Shown here: piece by piece, positions 14,838 through 39,090 of the stretch
Numbering within the stretch: the stretch's first letter is position 1
Layout of the letters: each line of letters starts with the position of its first letter
Source of the DNA: the human T2T-CHM13v2.0 reference genome, Homo sapiens
Direction: 5' to 3' (one strand)
Length of the DNA: 64,000 nt
Assembly: GCF_009914755.1 (NCBI RefSeq)
Contig: NC_060930.1
Notes under the pieces: generated by a model
Seen by the model: the letters and a program-made list of their open reading frames with translations, nothing else
Database searches by the model: none
What the model was told of the DNA's origin: nothing
Program-made: the position numbers and the translations under genes

Positions 14838-14915
14838 GTATGTGTATGTATATGCATGTGTATATATATATATGTATACGTGTAGGTTCTGTCTGAGAGA
14901 ACCCAGCCTAATACA
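14443..14915 (+). mobile_element. ERVL LTR (MLT2-like), 3' portion
   Basis: CACCCTCAATGCGGGTGGGCACCATCCAAT ... GGTTCTCCAGCTTGCAGA ... GAGAACCCAGCCTAATACA, with a (TC)n/(TA)n tract. Confidence 0.8.
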
Positions 14916-17900
14916 TCATGCAGCATATTATCAGAATAAAATTTGATAATGTATGTACAATGCTGAACACAGCATCTTGTATTTAAAAACATATTCAGCA
15001 TCGAGTTACTGTAACTGCTGTCATTGATGCCTCTTCTTCTAAAATGAGATGCCATCACTTGTAAAATTATTTTTAAAAGATATATTTTTAAATGAAGAAG
15101 TCTTTTTATATGTCAAATAATTTACTTTAGATGTTTAAAATAGTATAGCTCACAAAAAATGTTGGCTCATAACAACTTCTACTGAGTATGTAAGAAAATG
15201 GTTTTGAAGTTCAATCTTTTTTTAAAAAAAAGATGAACGTATTCAAAATTTACATGAACACTCAGCTATGTATACTATAAATATTTTCCAAACTCCATGA
15301 GCTGATTAATTAAAACAGATCCTCTAGCCAGGAAGACAAGCATATGAATACAACAGTCTTTCTTTTATCAATTCTCCTGAAATATCTAGTGTAGCACATA
15401 ATAATTTTTATATATGAGTGAAGGTGGTTTCTATGTCCAATTAGCAATAACTGTGCCTCAGGTCATCTTCATTGACTATGATACTGCCACTCTGAAAAGC
15501 TGTCTACATCCAAATATTAATTTAATTTGGCAAAAAAACAGGCAGGCTTAGAAAGTGTTTTAGAACAGGACAATTAAATAATATAATATTTTCTATAATA
15601 TTTCATTTTCTTATTTCTTCTCAAGATCCCACGACAATGGATATAGTTGCTTTTTTATCTCAAGAAGTATAAATTTTACAAACATAAAAGGTATGTCTCC
15701 CTTCAATATTTCCTCTTAATGCTGAGTGCAAAATTGGTTCAGAAAGAAAATTGCTGACATTAAGCTAGGATGTGACTTGGCAACTGATTGCAACATATTT
15801 CTATAGGATGCTGTGGGATGTACTGAAAAAAGGATGTTTTAGACCCAGAGAGACTGTTGCTCTGTTCCCAGGGAAGTGGAAAAAAAACAAAAAACAAAAA
15901 ACTTAATCTTGAGCTCTAGTTCTTGACTTATATAGAACATGGAATAAAGAAAAAGTTTTCTGTTCATCTCTATACTTCAGTAAGTGGAGCAATATTATTG
16001 GCTTTGCATCATTTCATCAATTAAGGAAGGTCTTATAATAGCATACTTCAACTCTTTTAAATATTAGACAATGGGTTTATTCACAAAGTATTTTTTATAA
16101 ACATATGTTTTAGGCATAAAGTTTATTCATCCAAAATAAAGATTCCCATATTTCCATCTACTATGATTTTTCAATCATACTTAGTATTAACCAATAATAA
16201 TTTATACTCCACTACTGATACTTGCTAATTGAATTACACTTCTGATGATCATTTTTTTTTCAAATGACATAGTGAGAGTTATGATCGGTTATTTGGGTTG
16301 TAAGGATTGAAAACATACCTAGATCATATAAATTTGTGAAGGTTTTGCCATCACAAGCATTATAGGGAATAATGAACATCAACTATCCTACAGCTAAACC
16401 TAATGAAGACCAAATTGCCTCCAAGGTCAAAACAATAGTTCTTTGTGCTCAAAAGTGGTTCATATAATTGATGCTGCATTGACGCTGTCTATAGAGATTC
16501 TAGTTTTCTCCACATTTTCTCTATTTTTCAATTTCCTTTCTTTTCACTGGGGTCTATTGTTCTTTAACAGAAGTAATGGCCTTTTGTAAATATATAATTT
16601 TCACGTTGTAAGCATTCTTTCCAAGCTAGCTGCCCATCATCACGTTTTGGCTAGTCCCAGTCTCTGCTCATAGAACACTTGTCCACACTCTAAATTCTCT
16701 CTGTTCTCCATAGCCCCCACTCATCTAATTCCTATAGTCTTTTAACTCAAAGCCTTCAACTTATGTACAGCTTTCTCTGCCTCATGTTTCAAGCTTAATG
16801 CATCATCTTAATTCATCTTTCGACATCTATTTCTACTACATGCTGCTCTCTTTCTCTATCTTATATCTCCCAGAATATGTTTTATTTCAACAAATCGCTA
16901 ATCTGTGCCAGGCATTGTTATTAGCAAAATGATAAGCCCTGCATGTAGCAAAGTTCCTGCCTTCACTGCATATGCATTAATAGCTCTGATTAGTCCACTT
17001 AAAAACCATTGTTCCTGTCATGCAGAACTCCATTGCCAAGCCACACAACAGCCAGCCAGTAGGTCAGCAGCTCCGTGGAGCAAGGTAAACATGTTGATTC
17101 AATTGACTTTGGGCAGAAGGGTAAGATTTTGTCTTCAGCTTTTCTCATGAGGAACATATACAACCCAAATGGAAAAACCCTGTATCCTCCTGCCCAAGCA
17201 AATAATTCGATAATAAATAATAGCTTCCACTAAAATATAATGAAGTGGTTACTTTGATAGGTAATAAAGTATGTGTTGTTTTCCTTTAGTTTTCTTTTAA
17301 AAATGTATGTTAACCTTGCTTCAGTTTGGTTTTCCAGAGTATCCTGCATAAATGGATACAAACCACATTCACTTTGCTATGTGGATGGGGGAGATGCAAA
17401 AGGTGTCTTCAGTGCATGCCCAGATATTCCCACATGTTGAACCTTCCACTTAGCTCCCAATAAAACATGTTTCTTTTTTCACAACTAGGAGAGCTCTCCT
17501 TTTCATACCTCTGCAGTGACATGATGGCATACTAAATAGAGAAGTAAAAGGTTCATATGAAACTGTAATGTAAATATTATTCACATATTGAAATTCTGTA
17601 AACAGTATTAATATTTTTCCTGTGATGCTTTTAAATTTTAATATTCTGTAAAGTATATTTTAAGCATTCACAATTTGGATTTATTCATGATAAGAGTATA
17701 TTTTACCTATAATAGTTTGGGAAATATATACATATGTGTGTGTGTGTGCATGCATGTGTGTGTGTGTGTATTAATATATTTTCCTTGAGACTAGTAGTGA
17801 AGGCAAAGTTCTGAAACTGAATTTGCCAAAATGGGATTAGATGTGTGAGGGATTTATTTGGATAAACACTTTTGCAAGGTGAGGTGGAGGAAGCAGGAAT

Positions 17901-18298
17901 AGACACAGCCTTCAGCCACAATACTTGTAAACCTTATGAAGGAGGAAAGAAAATAAAAAAGGTTAGGTAAAATGAGTTTCAGATAGTAGCACAATACTTA
18001 ACATATTTTGGCAGGCCAATGGAGAGTTATCAAGCCAAAGTTTTCCTCCATATTGAGCAGGAACAGCACCTCACTATGCTTTGTCATTGGCTGACAACAG
18101 CTGTGAGGTGGGGATTTTGGACTATAGGTAGTGATGGATACAAAGATGAACCCCAGGAGCTGTCAGTCAACTGTGATAGTCACTAGGGGAGTGAAGCAGT
18201 CTCATGACAGTTACAAGCCTTGACCTTTTATTTTATACTAAAGTAAAATATAACTTTATTATGAAGACCATCGGGCCACCTAGTTACTATATACCAGT

Positions 18299-18685
18299 TG
18301 CTATGGTCTGAATGTGTCCCTCAAAATTCATGTGTTGGAAAATTAATTCCCAATGCAACAGTGGGAGGAGGTGAAATCCTTTGGGAAATGATTATGTCAT
18401 GATGGTGGCATCCTCATAAATGAATTAATGTCACTACAAAAAGGCTTGAAAGAGGGAGTTTGGTCCCTATTCCCACCTTCGGTTCCTTCCTTCATGAGAA
18501 GATACAGTATTTCTTCCCCATGGCGGGTGCAGCAACAAAGTGCTCTCTTAGACGCAGACACTGAACTACAGGTGACTTCATCTTGGATTTCCAGCCTGCA
18601 GAACTGTGAAAAATCAATTTCTGTTCTTTATAAATGACCAGGTAGTAAATATTTTGTAATAGTAGCACAAATGAATAAACACAAT
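18299..18685 (+). mobile_element. MaLR solo LTR (MSTD/MLT1A-like)
   Basis: Starts TGCTATGGTCTGAATGTGTCCCTCAAAATTCATGTGTTG; ends CAGAACTGTGA ... AATAGTAGCACAAATGAATAAACACA. Confidence 0.8.
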
Positions 18686-18789
18686 TGTGAGGAAATTATT
18701 TCTGTAACATTTTACATAACAAAATTCAGCATTTTATAGGTTAGTCTGTGAAGTAGAGTTATTTATTTATTTACTTGAAAGTTCTACTA

Positions 18790-20080
18790 ATCTGCATGTC
18801 CCTGATAATTAAAGATGTTGAGCATATTTTTTAATGGACCTGTTGGCCATTTGCATATCTTCTTTGAAGAAATGTCTGTTCAAATCCTTTGCCCATTTTT
18901 AAATCAGATTATGCATGTTTTGCTATTAAATTGTAGGAATTTCTTATATATTTTAAAAATTAATCCATTATCAGATATATGGATTGCAAGTATTTTCTCT
19001 CATTTTATAGATTGCCTTTTCATTCTGTTGCTTGTATCCTTAGCTGTGTGGAGGTTTGCTTGGTTTTTGTTTTTCTTGTTTGTTTTTAGTTTGATATAGT
19101 CCAACTTGCCTATTTTTTGCTTCTGTTTCCTGTGCTTTTGATGTCATATTCAAAAAGTCATTGCAAATAGTAATATCAAAATGATATTACCTCACTCTTG
19201 TTAGGATGTTGATTTTCAAAAAACCAAAAGATAAATGGTGAGGATGTAGGGAATTTGGAACCCCTGCACACTGTACATTGAGAATGTACAATGATACAGC
19301 AACTATGAAAACAGTATGGAGGTTCCTCCAAAAGCTAAAAATAATAGAATTACCAGGCGATCCAGCACTCTTATTTCTAGATACATATCCAAAACAATTA
19401 AAATCAGGATCTTGTAGAGATATCTGCACTCCCACATTGATAGCATCGTTTTTCACAATAGCCAAGATATGGAAATAACCCATGTCTCTGCCCATTGGCA
19501 GATGAATGGATAAAGAAATTGAGGTATATACATACAATAGAATATTTTTCAGTCTTAAGAAGAAAATCCTGATATTGGTGACAATATTGATGAACCTAAG
19601 GGATCTTATGCTAAGTGAAATAAGCCAGTCACAAGAGGACAAATACTGCAGAATTCCACTTATATGAGGTATCTGTAATAGTCAAACTCACAGAGGCAGA
19701 GAAGACCACAGTAGTTTCCAAAGGCTCTGGTGTGGGGTAATGGGAAGTTTTTCAAGGAATATGAACTTTGTTGTGCAAGACAAATACATTTTAGAGAGCG
19801 GCTGTTCAATATAGTGCCAATAGTTTATACTATAATATTGTGCATGTCAAAATTTGTTGAGGCTGGGTCTCAAATTCAGTCTTCTCACCACATACATACA
19901 CACATAAGGGGTTTAAAATAAATTTCAGGGGGTCTTGGATATGTTTATGTGAATCATATCCAAGTGACTGTGGTGACAGTATCGGGGGTGTTTGCAGATG
20001 TTTAAACTCATTAAAGTATACAAGTTAAATATGTGCAGTTCTCTGTATATAAATTACCCTTCAAATAGCTGTTAATAAAG
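18790..20080 (+). mobile_element. Old L1M element with a 5' inversion (18790-~19165 antisense, ~19165-20080 sense)
   Basis: The antisense ORF2 segment begins at the L1 position where the sense segment (CCTCACTCTTGTTAGGATG ... TMKTVWRFLQKLK) resumes; L1M 3' UTR to ~20080. Confidence 0.75.
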
Positions 20081-21555
20081 TGCTCTTTAATATCATTGAA
20101 AGTGCATTAACTGAAAATTCAAACTTCAGAAAATATATTAATGGTATGCAGTCATTAGTTGGTATAATTTCCTACGGTGATAACATCTCTCTCCTTAAAT
20201 TCAGTACATAAGAATTGATACCAACTGCAGTTAAACAGTGTCCACCTTATTTTGTTATATTTTACATATCAATGTGTTCAAAACCCCAGAATTAAAATTT
20301 AAAGAATCTTAGAATATTTTCTCACTTATTGACAGAATTACAGATTCAATTTTTCTGATAGTTTATATTCAGCCATTACTCCAACTATCCCAGAGATCGA
20401 GGGAGGTCTCAGTAACTTATGAAGCATCATTATGTATTAGACATATGATGGTTAAAATGCCAGCTCTTCAATTTTTCCTTTATTTAAAATGGGTTCCAGG
20501 CACACACTGCTGTGACAGCCCTTCCTTTGTAAAGAATAGAATCTGCGAACCTTATTCTCAAATTTTAAACCTAGAGCTGTATCCAAAAGCTACCTATAAA
20601 GTCATTTATTATGGGTTTTGCTTGACTCATTCTGAATACCACAGGGTAGTTTTAGAGTTTAGGGTTTCCACCAAGATATTTTCATTAAGCATATACTAAA
20701 ATAGAGTTTTCTTACTGAATTTTTTTCAGCAAGTTTATAAATCTCAGGTGCAGAGCTTTCTGTAAGTTATTAATCAAAAATTAACTTTGTGAATATATCT
20801 ACAGTATAATATATATACATAAATATATTATATACTATAAATTCTGAATTCCTGAAATTAAATACTAGTTTTATTATTAAGTCAATTGTCTAATTTCCCC
20901 TGGTAGGGACATCTGTATATTTCTAAACCAAACATTCCATTTTGTTATGTGTATCAGTTAAGATGACCTATACTATACTGCAGTAATAAATAACTTTCAC
21001 ATCTAAAACCAATTCAGTCTCTATAATAAGTTTACAAGGAGACTTAGTCATTTAGGAAGACAGCTGATAAAAACTCTGTCACAACTCATGCTAATACAGC
21101 TCATAAGGGACCATGGGAAGGCCTTGTAAAAATTCCTTCTATTCAAATGACATTGGTCAAAACAAGTAAAGTGATTTCATTTACCTTCAAGCAGGATGAA
21201 ATACTGCCATCTTATTATTTGTATAGTATGAGAAAAACTAAAGTATTTGTGAGCAGCCTAATAGTTACATGATTGATAACATTTGTATTCACAATAGTGC
21301 CAGTAATAGAACCCAGAAGTATATTATTTTTCCTTTCAAACTACCCATAAACGTACCCATTGATTAATCATTGTGGGTATATTTATTCAACGAAGAATAT
21401 AGCACATAATACTTCCATCTGGTTTGATATTTTCTATGTGTGCATCAGAATTTCATGAGACGTTGTCAAATGTTATAATAAAATTAATAAGCTGAAAGCC
21501 CATGCATGACATTTAATCTATTCCAAAAGAATGCCATTATGAAACTTAGGAAATA

Positions 21556-21910
21556 TAGTAATCAATCTTATCCATAGAGGATACATTCCAAGACCCCCAG
21601 TGGTTGCCTGAAACTGTAGGTAGTTCAAATCCTATATATACTGTACTATGTATTTTTTTTCTATAAATACATAGCTATGGTAAAGTTTAATTTATAAATT
21701 AGGCATAGTAAGTAACAACAATAAAAATGATAAAATAGAACATTTATAATGTACTGTAATAAAAGTAGATGAATGTGGTCTCTTACTCTCTCTCAAAATA
21801 TCTTGTTGTTATACACTCACCTATTTTTAGACCTCAGTTGAATGCTGGTTAACTGAAACCAGGGAAAACAGCCATGTACCCGGGGTTGGGGGGGGCGCGG
21901 GGGGAACTAA
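21556..21910 (+). mobile_element. TcMar-Tigger MITE (Tigger3/MER7-like)
   Basis: CTTATCCATAGAGGATACATTCCAAGACCCCCAGTGGTTGCCTGAAAC ... AAAGTTTAATTTATAAATTAGGCATAGTAAG. Confidence 0.75.
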
Positions 21911-23455
21911 ACATGCTTTCTTTATTCTGAAGTTCTGAAAATCCTAATAATTGAGTAACTTTATTCTTTCCCTGTGTAACTCCAGGCAATTTATTGAACC
22001 TCTATGCACCTAAGATTCAGGGATGCAATGAGAATGATAAAACTGCTCTATCAGCTGATTTATGTGAGAATTAAATCAGCCAATGCATGTAAATTCCTTA
22101 ACTTGGTCCCTCACAGAAAATTCTTTAATGTGTTAACCAATACTCTGTATGAAGTGAATGATATCATGTATATTATTTTGCAAACTCCTATTTTGCATAT
22201 AGGTGCAGACATAGCTTCAGGTAAATACATGCAAACTAACTTATCTTTTAATATCTTAAAATTTTTCCATTATAAGGATACAAAAACTATTCTACCAATT
22301 ACCTGTTGAAGAAACTCATGTTTAATTCTGGTTTATTTTGCCATCATAAACAATGCTGTGAAAGCATTCTTGTATATCGAGGATAACATATATGCCTTTA
22401 CTTCTGTAGGATAGATTCTTTTTAAAAATATTTTAACTTTTATTTTAGGTTCAAGGGTGGACTTTTAATCTAGGTGCTGAGACTAGCACATATGTATACT
22501 TTTGCACTATGAAAATATCAATAATTTTTTTCTCCAAGTGCAGTAACTTACAGTTTCACTAAAGTATATAAGATTTTCCAGGTTCATTGAAATTCCCTAA
22601 GAAATACTATACACTCTTATGATAAAAAATAAATGTATAAAATTTATATTAGATTTCCGCATGTATGAATTTAATAAAGCAACTTTATAATTTTGCCAGA
22701 AGCCCAGCACAGTGCCTAGAATGTATAATTTCACAGTATATTTTAGTTAAAATATTATAATTATGCCAATTGAGGGATGTATAATATTAGTAATAAACAC
22801 TGAAATTACAAATATACTACTTCTGATATTATCAGGCCTAACAAAAACAAACTTGGTTGAATGTTATAAAATCAGTTACACATAAAAACATTATTATTAG
22901 CTATTACCCACTACATATTTTTCAAAATTCTGTTGTTGATTTAACTCATTTGCTAGATTAATATAATCGTCTCATTCAAGACCATAAAATCAATTTCCCA
23001 TTTGTTTTATTTTATCTATATCTATGACAAACACTTTAAACCAAAATTTGAAGTGAATGTATTATAAAATAATTAGTATAAAATAAAAGCTATTCAAAAG
23101 ACATATACTTCTATTGTATGGATATGTAAAATGAGTAAGAATGAGTAAAATGAGTAAGAAAAACTTTTTGTGTTAGCCACTGGGATTTTTGGTTTGTGTA
23201 TTACTTTAGCATATTATCTCATTTTGAATGCTATAGTTTAGGACACTAGTTTAAACTACTGAAGTTAAAATGTTCTTATTTCAGAGGATAGAAGGATCTT
23301 ACAGTGACAGACATCCATCAGTAAGAATTAATTTCTAGAGATAAAGTGAATACAGTAACCAAAGTGTCAGTAGAGTCAGCATGGTCAAAATAGTCTACAT
23401 GGGAAATGTTTGGTGGCTCTTAGTTGATCATGGAGTCTCTAGAACCAAAAGTTAG

Positions 23456-24572
<1,117 letters not shown>

Positions 24573-24928
24573 TCTGAAGACTTTTAAATGCTGCCATATT
24601 CAAGACACGTTGAAACTCACCTGTATTCGATGAGCCTGCTTTTCGCAAATGAGTAACATAAAACAGACTGAAATACCTTAAGCTTCTCAGCCTTTTACCC
24701 TCCTCTGGAATAATGAGTGTATCCCAAAAGTAAATTCATAATGAGGTCCAGTTTTTCCTTCCTCCTTGGCTATGAAATAGACAAGAAAAAGGCAAGCTAG
24801 CCATTTCCATCTCACTATAGCAGACTCTCATGCTTGCTTTTTGACTGTATGTGGGAAGCGGGGGCCTGGCTGCTTTCCTACTTCCTAAGCACAACTTACT
24901 TTTCCTAGGAAATTCTCAACGCAACCTA

Positions 24929-25318
<390 letters not shown>

Positions 25319-25349
25319 TCACTGATGCTAGGGTAAAGACAGCCAGGGA

Positions 25350-25659
25350 GAAACTGGAAATCATCATTCTCAGTAAACTATCGCAAGAACAAAAAACCAA
25401 ACACCGCATATTCTCACTCATAGGTGGGAATTGAACAATGAGATCACATGGACACAGGAAGGGGAATATCACACTCTGGGGACTGTTGTGGGGTGGGGGG
25501 AGGGGGGAGGGATAGCATTGGGAGATATACCTAATGCTAGATGACGAGTTAGTGGGTGCAGCACACCAGCATGGCACATGTATACGTATGTAAGTAACCT
25601 GCACAATGTGCACATGTACCCTAAAACTTAAAATATAATAATAAAAAAAATACAAAAAA
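25350..25659 (+). mobile_element. Young 5'-truncated LINE-1 (L1PA2-like, ~310 bp) in GUSBP intron 10
   Basis: End of ORF2 ([27 protein letters not shown]), 3' UTR and poly(A); 15-bp TSD AAAGACAGCCAGGGA at 25335-25349 and 25660-25674. Confidence 0.95.
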
Positions 25660-25837
25660 AAAGACAGCCAGGGAATGATGTAACCCAGAATTAAAAAGGA
25701 GGTTTAAAAAAAAACATCAATTAGTAACTGCTTTATTTATAAATATAATCTGATACTCAATTTTTCTTACTTTTCTGTCTCTATCTGCTGATACAGTCTT
25801 AAGGCTGAACTACACTAGAAAGAAAAATATGTCTTTA

Positions 25838-29445
<3,608 letters not shown>

Positions 29446-29710
29446 ATTTGGATTTGTTAGAAAGACCACTTGGGCACTGGTGATAGGAGGCTGTCTGGAA
29501 ACAAGGCCAGTAAGGAGTCCACCTTTGAGGACCAAGCGAGTGGGGCAGAGGCCTGGCTGCTGGTGAGAAGGGAACGTGGACAGGGTAGCGGGAGGTGAGC
29601 CCAAAGCTGAAGCAAGGGGAGCACTGCAGTGGGCGCAGGGCAGGGTGGGGGAGGCAAGTGGCATCTCTGCCCAGAGAGAATACACAAGCAGAAAGTTCAA
29701 CACCGCTTAC

Positions 29711-29885
29711 CTGGTGAAACCCTATAAGCGTTTCCACTCCATACGCGCTCTGAATAATGGGATTGTGATGTCTTACACCAATTCTCAAACTGGGCGGCCA
29801 GCTGCAGCTGAATCAACTCCAGGTGCCCGTAGTTGCGATACCAAGAGTAGTAGCTGTTCACACGGATCACATCCACATACAGAGC
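29711..29885 (-). pseudogene. GUSBP: GUSB exon 10 homolog (175 bp; 2-bp deletion; SEYG changed to SAYG)
   Basis: CCTAG|GCTCTGTATGTGGAT ... TTTCACCAG|GTAAGC; [38 protein letters not shown], then the GUSB frame shifts to [20 protein letters not shown]. Confidence 0.95.
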
Positions 29886-29944
29886 CTAGGACCAGAGTAG
29901 CAGAGCCCGTTCAGCAACCACAAGACCGCATGACTCAGTACTCA

Positions 29945-33785
<3,841 letters not shown>

Positions 33786-34325
33786 TATACTGTTGTTGAA
33801 ACTGGTTTTCTTCTTCTTTCCTCAGTTCTTTTCTTTTACATCTTCCCCCATCATTGCTCTGCCCATCCGAAGGCTGTGGCTGGCACAGGACAGAACAGAA
33901 CCTCCTAGCCTCAAGTTCCAAACCCACACTCTCCAATAGCCAGGCTCTCAGATGGGAAGCTTCAAAGCCTTGTGACAGCCTGGCTGAACCTCTCCAGCCT
34001 GGGCGCTCCCTCCGTTTCCTGCCCCGGAAACAGGCATCTCCTCTGGCCACCTCCCAAAGCCTGTCTGGAAGCCTCAGGCACCCGCTCCTGGAAGCCTGTA
34101 CGATTCACAACAAAGGGCCTGTCCACCCACTCGTGCTGAGCACACCCCTATTCCCCCGAGCTCTGAATTGTCCTTTGCCCAGGCTAGGACAACATCTCAG
34201 AGCCTTCTGCCTGCTGCAGACTCGGCTCAGCCCAAATCACTCCATGAAACTGGGGTGTGGCATCTGCCTCAAGGAGCATTTCTACAACCTCTGCTGCCTC
34301 TACCACAAATGAAACTGGCTCTCAC

Positions 34326-34417
34326 CCACTGGCTCTCGGTGACAGGCACAGTGCGGAGCCCCACAGGGAGTGTGTAGAAGTCAAAGGCCCCAGTGACTTC
34401 TGTGCAGTCAGCCGCAC
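34326..34417 (-). pseudogene. GUSBP: Truncated GUSB exon 6 homolog (92 bp to a cryptic donor)
   Basis: CATAG|GTGCGGCTGACTGCACAG (VRLTAQKSLGP, cf. GUSB VQLTAQTSLGP); frameshift before DFYTLPVG; GUSB exon homology ends at GAGAGCCAGT; next TGG|GTGAGA is donor-like. Confidence 0.85.
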
Positions 34418-34611
34418 CTATGACAGCCAAAGCGCCAGGTGTGAGCGCCCCGACAGCCTGAACCCCATCTGGCCTGCCCTACAGCAGGAAGACCCCTCGT
34501 GCATGCACCCCAGCAGTCGCCTCTGGGCCTGCAGAGCAGCAGCAATCAGAGGCTCTGCCCTTCACTGGCTGACCCTGGGACCTGCCCTTCAAAATCAGGC
34601 CTTCTCCTTGA

Positions 34612-35230
<619 letters not shown>

Positions 35231-35375
35231 TCTGGGCCTCCCACCAAGGGTGGGAAACATCAGAAAGCTCAGAGGACCACACCTGCCCGTTCACCTGTCC
35301 TAGGCTCCTGCTGAAGCCAGGGCTACCAGATGGGGGCAAAAGACCTCCCTTAAGCAAGTCCCAAACCACCATTAC

Positions 35376-35563
35376 CTCCCACGAGTACAGGTAGGCGGGG
35401 TGTTCGTGCATCAGGTACGGCCACCAGAGGTTGGCACCCAGCACCTTCAGCTGGCCCTGGGTCCCAGCCTGGTTGTCCACGACTTTGTTTTCTGCATTCA
35501 AAAGACACACTTCCAGCTTGAACTGGTTACTGCACTTGACGGAGATCTGGTAATTCACCAGCC
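35376..35563 (-). pseudogene. GUSBP: GUSB exon 5 homolog (188 bp, open)
   Basis: CTGCAG|GGCTGGTGAATTAC ... TGGGAG|GTAATG; [62 protein letters not shown]. Confidence 0.95.
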
Positions 35564-35672
35564 CTGCAGGAGGCAAGAGAGACCAGGGCTTAGGGACGGA
35601 CATGACCTGGGTCACACAAACGGGAATACCCCACAATGACCACTCCCAGGCACTCTCATTTGCTTCTGTTGC

Positions 35673-36275
<603 letters not shown>

Positions 36276-36789
36276 TAGATTAGATAAATTATTAATGAAT
36301 TGCTTCCTTTAACACCCTATTCATTGAATTTTCCAGTAAACCACAATTACTAATTACTCCTGAAATCAGAAAAGAGGTTAAAAAGATTTTATAACAGTAT
36401 CCTAGGAAATCTACTACTTTCAAGTAATAGTAGTTGAATTACCAAAACCCGTCACTCAAGCCAATGACTACAATTAAGATATCAGTAACATTTCCTAGAT
36501 AAATAAAGTCAATTAATTATATTTGCATCTGGGAAATAGAAAAAGTACATATAAGCCATGATTTTGAAGTCAAAAGAGAGAGAATATTTGGCAAGGAGGG
36601 GTGAGTTATAGTATGTAATTATGACATATAGTAGTTTTTTGTATGCTGGTAACTAATTTTAATTTCCTACATTTTTATGTAGATTTCTGCTATGCTTGTC
36701 CTATTTTCCTAATCATCTTTCTATATGGATGACTACATAAGTCTGAGAATACCAAAAGAGACAGACACAGAACCAATCGGATTCCTTTC

Positions 36790-37410
36790 TTCTTGAAGCT
36801 TCTGCACAGCAAAAGAAACTATCAACAGAGTGAACAGACAACCTACAGAATGGGAGAAAATTTTTGCAACAATGCATGTGACAAAGATCTAATGTCCAAC
36901 ACTGATAAGGAACTTAAACAAATTTACAAGAAAAAAAAATCTCATTAGAAAGTGGGCAAAGGACATAAACAGACACTTCAAAAGAAGACACACATGCGGC
37001 CAACAAGCATATGAAAAAAAGCTCAATATCACTGATCATTAGAGAAATGCAAACCAAAACCACAATGGCATACCATCTCAACACCAGTCAGAATGGTTAT
37101 TATGAAAAAGTCAACGCTGGGCATGGTGGCTCACGCCTATAATCCCAGCACTTTAGGAGGCCAAGGCAGGCAGATCGCCTGAGGTCAGGAGTTCCAGACC
37201 AGCCTGGACAACCTGGCGAAACCCCGTCTCTACTAAAAATACAAAAATTAGCCCAGCGTGGTGGCAGGCGCCTGTAATCCCAGCTACTCAGGATGCTGAG
37301 GCAGGAGAATCGCTTGAACCAGGGAGGCAGAGGTTGTAGTGAGCCGAGATCATGCAACTGCATTCTCCAGCTTAGGTGACAGAGCGAGACTCTGTCTCAA
37401 AAAAAAAAAA
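36790..37410 (+). mobile_element. L1 ORF2 fragment (36790-37112) followed by an Alu (37115-37410)
   Basis: AGCTTCTGCACAGCAAAAGAAACTATCAACAGAGTGAACAGACAACCTACAGAATGGGAG; Alu consensus with poly(A). Confidence 0.85.
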
Positions 37411-37591
37411 ATATTTGAATTTTGTTTAAATCGCTAACACATACTGGGCATTTAATAACAAAAAAAAGGACATGAGATTGTGATCCTTATGAGGGTCTGA
37501 GAGGCATTTCACTAGGGTTCAACATAGAGCAGTCTGAAACATACTGTAATAATTTAATCCAATGGCTCATCTACAGCACCTAAAAAGGTTA

Positions 37592-38497
<906 letters not shown>

Positions 38498-38665
38498 TAT
38501 TTTCGTAGACAATCTAATCTCATAGAAGATTTCAATTCAGACAAAAATCATGAGAATTACTGTATTACAAAAGGGCACTAGATAGGGGGAAAAGAGTAAA
38601 AATCAGAATTAAAACAAAGGTTCAAAATTCTGCATCAACCATATCCAGTTACACTTTAATATATT

Positions 38666-39090
38666 TGTAGCAGACTACATTATTGTTCCCAACTCATCAC
38701 CCCTCCCTATATCTACAACCTTTCCCCAAGACAATGCAGTTCCTCCTGCTAGAGGTCAGGTATATTTATCTATACTATCAATGTTAGCCATGGACAAGGT
38801 ATGTGCTTTGGCTGACTGAATGTCAGTGGACATGATAGAAGCAAAGGCTTAAAATGTACTTCCAGAACTGGAGTTTCCTTGTGATTCTACCACTGTGACA
38901 AAAAACACATTCTCAGGTAGTCCACTGATCCAAGGGGGAACAAACACACAGAAAACATACCTAGACTCTATCTGCAGCTTGCAGCCTCACCAAGCCAAGA
39001 ACAGTCAACTCACAGATATGTTCGCAAAAATAAATGTTTTTCGTACCTTAAGTTTTATATAATTATTGACCTATAGTTAACTGATATACA
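38666..39090 (+). mobile_element. Old MaLR LTR (MLT1-like)
   Basis: TGTAGCAGACTAC ... AATAAATG ... ATAGTTAACTGATATACA termini. Confidence 0.55.
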
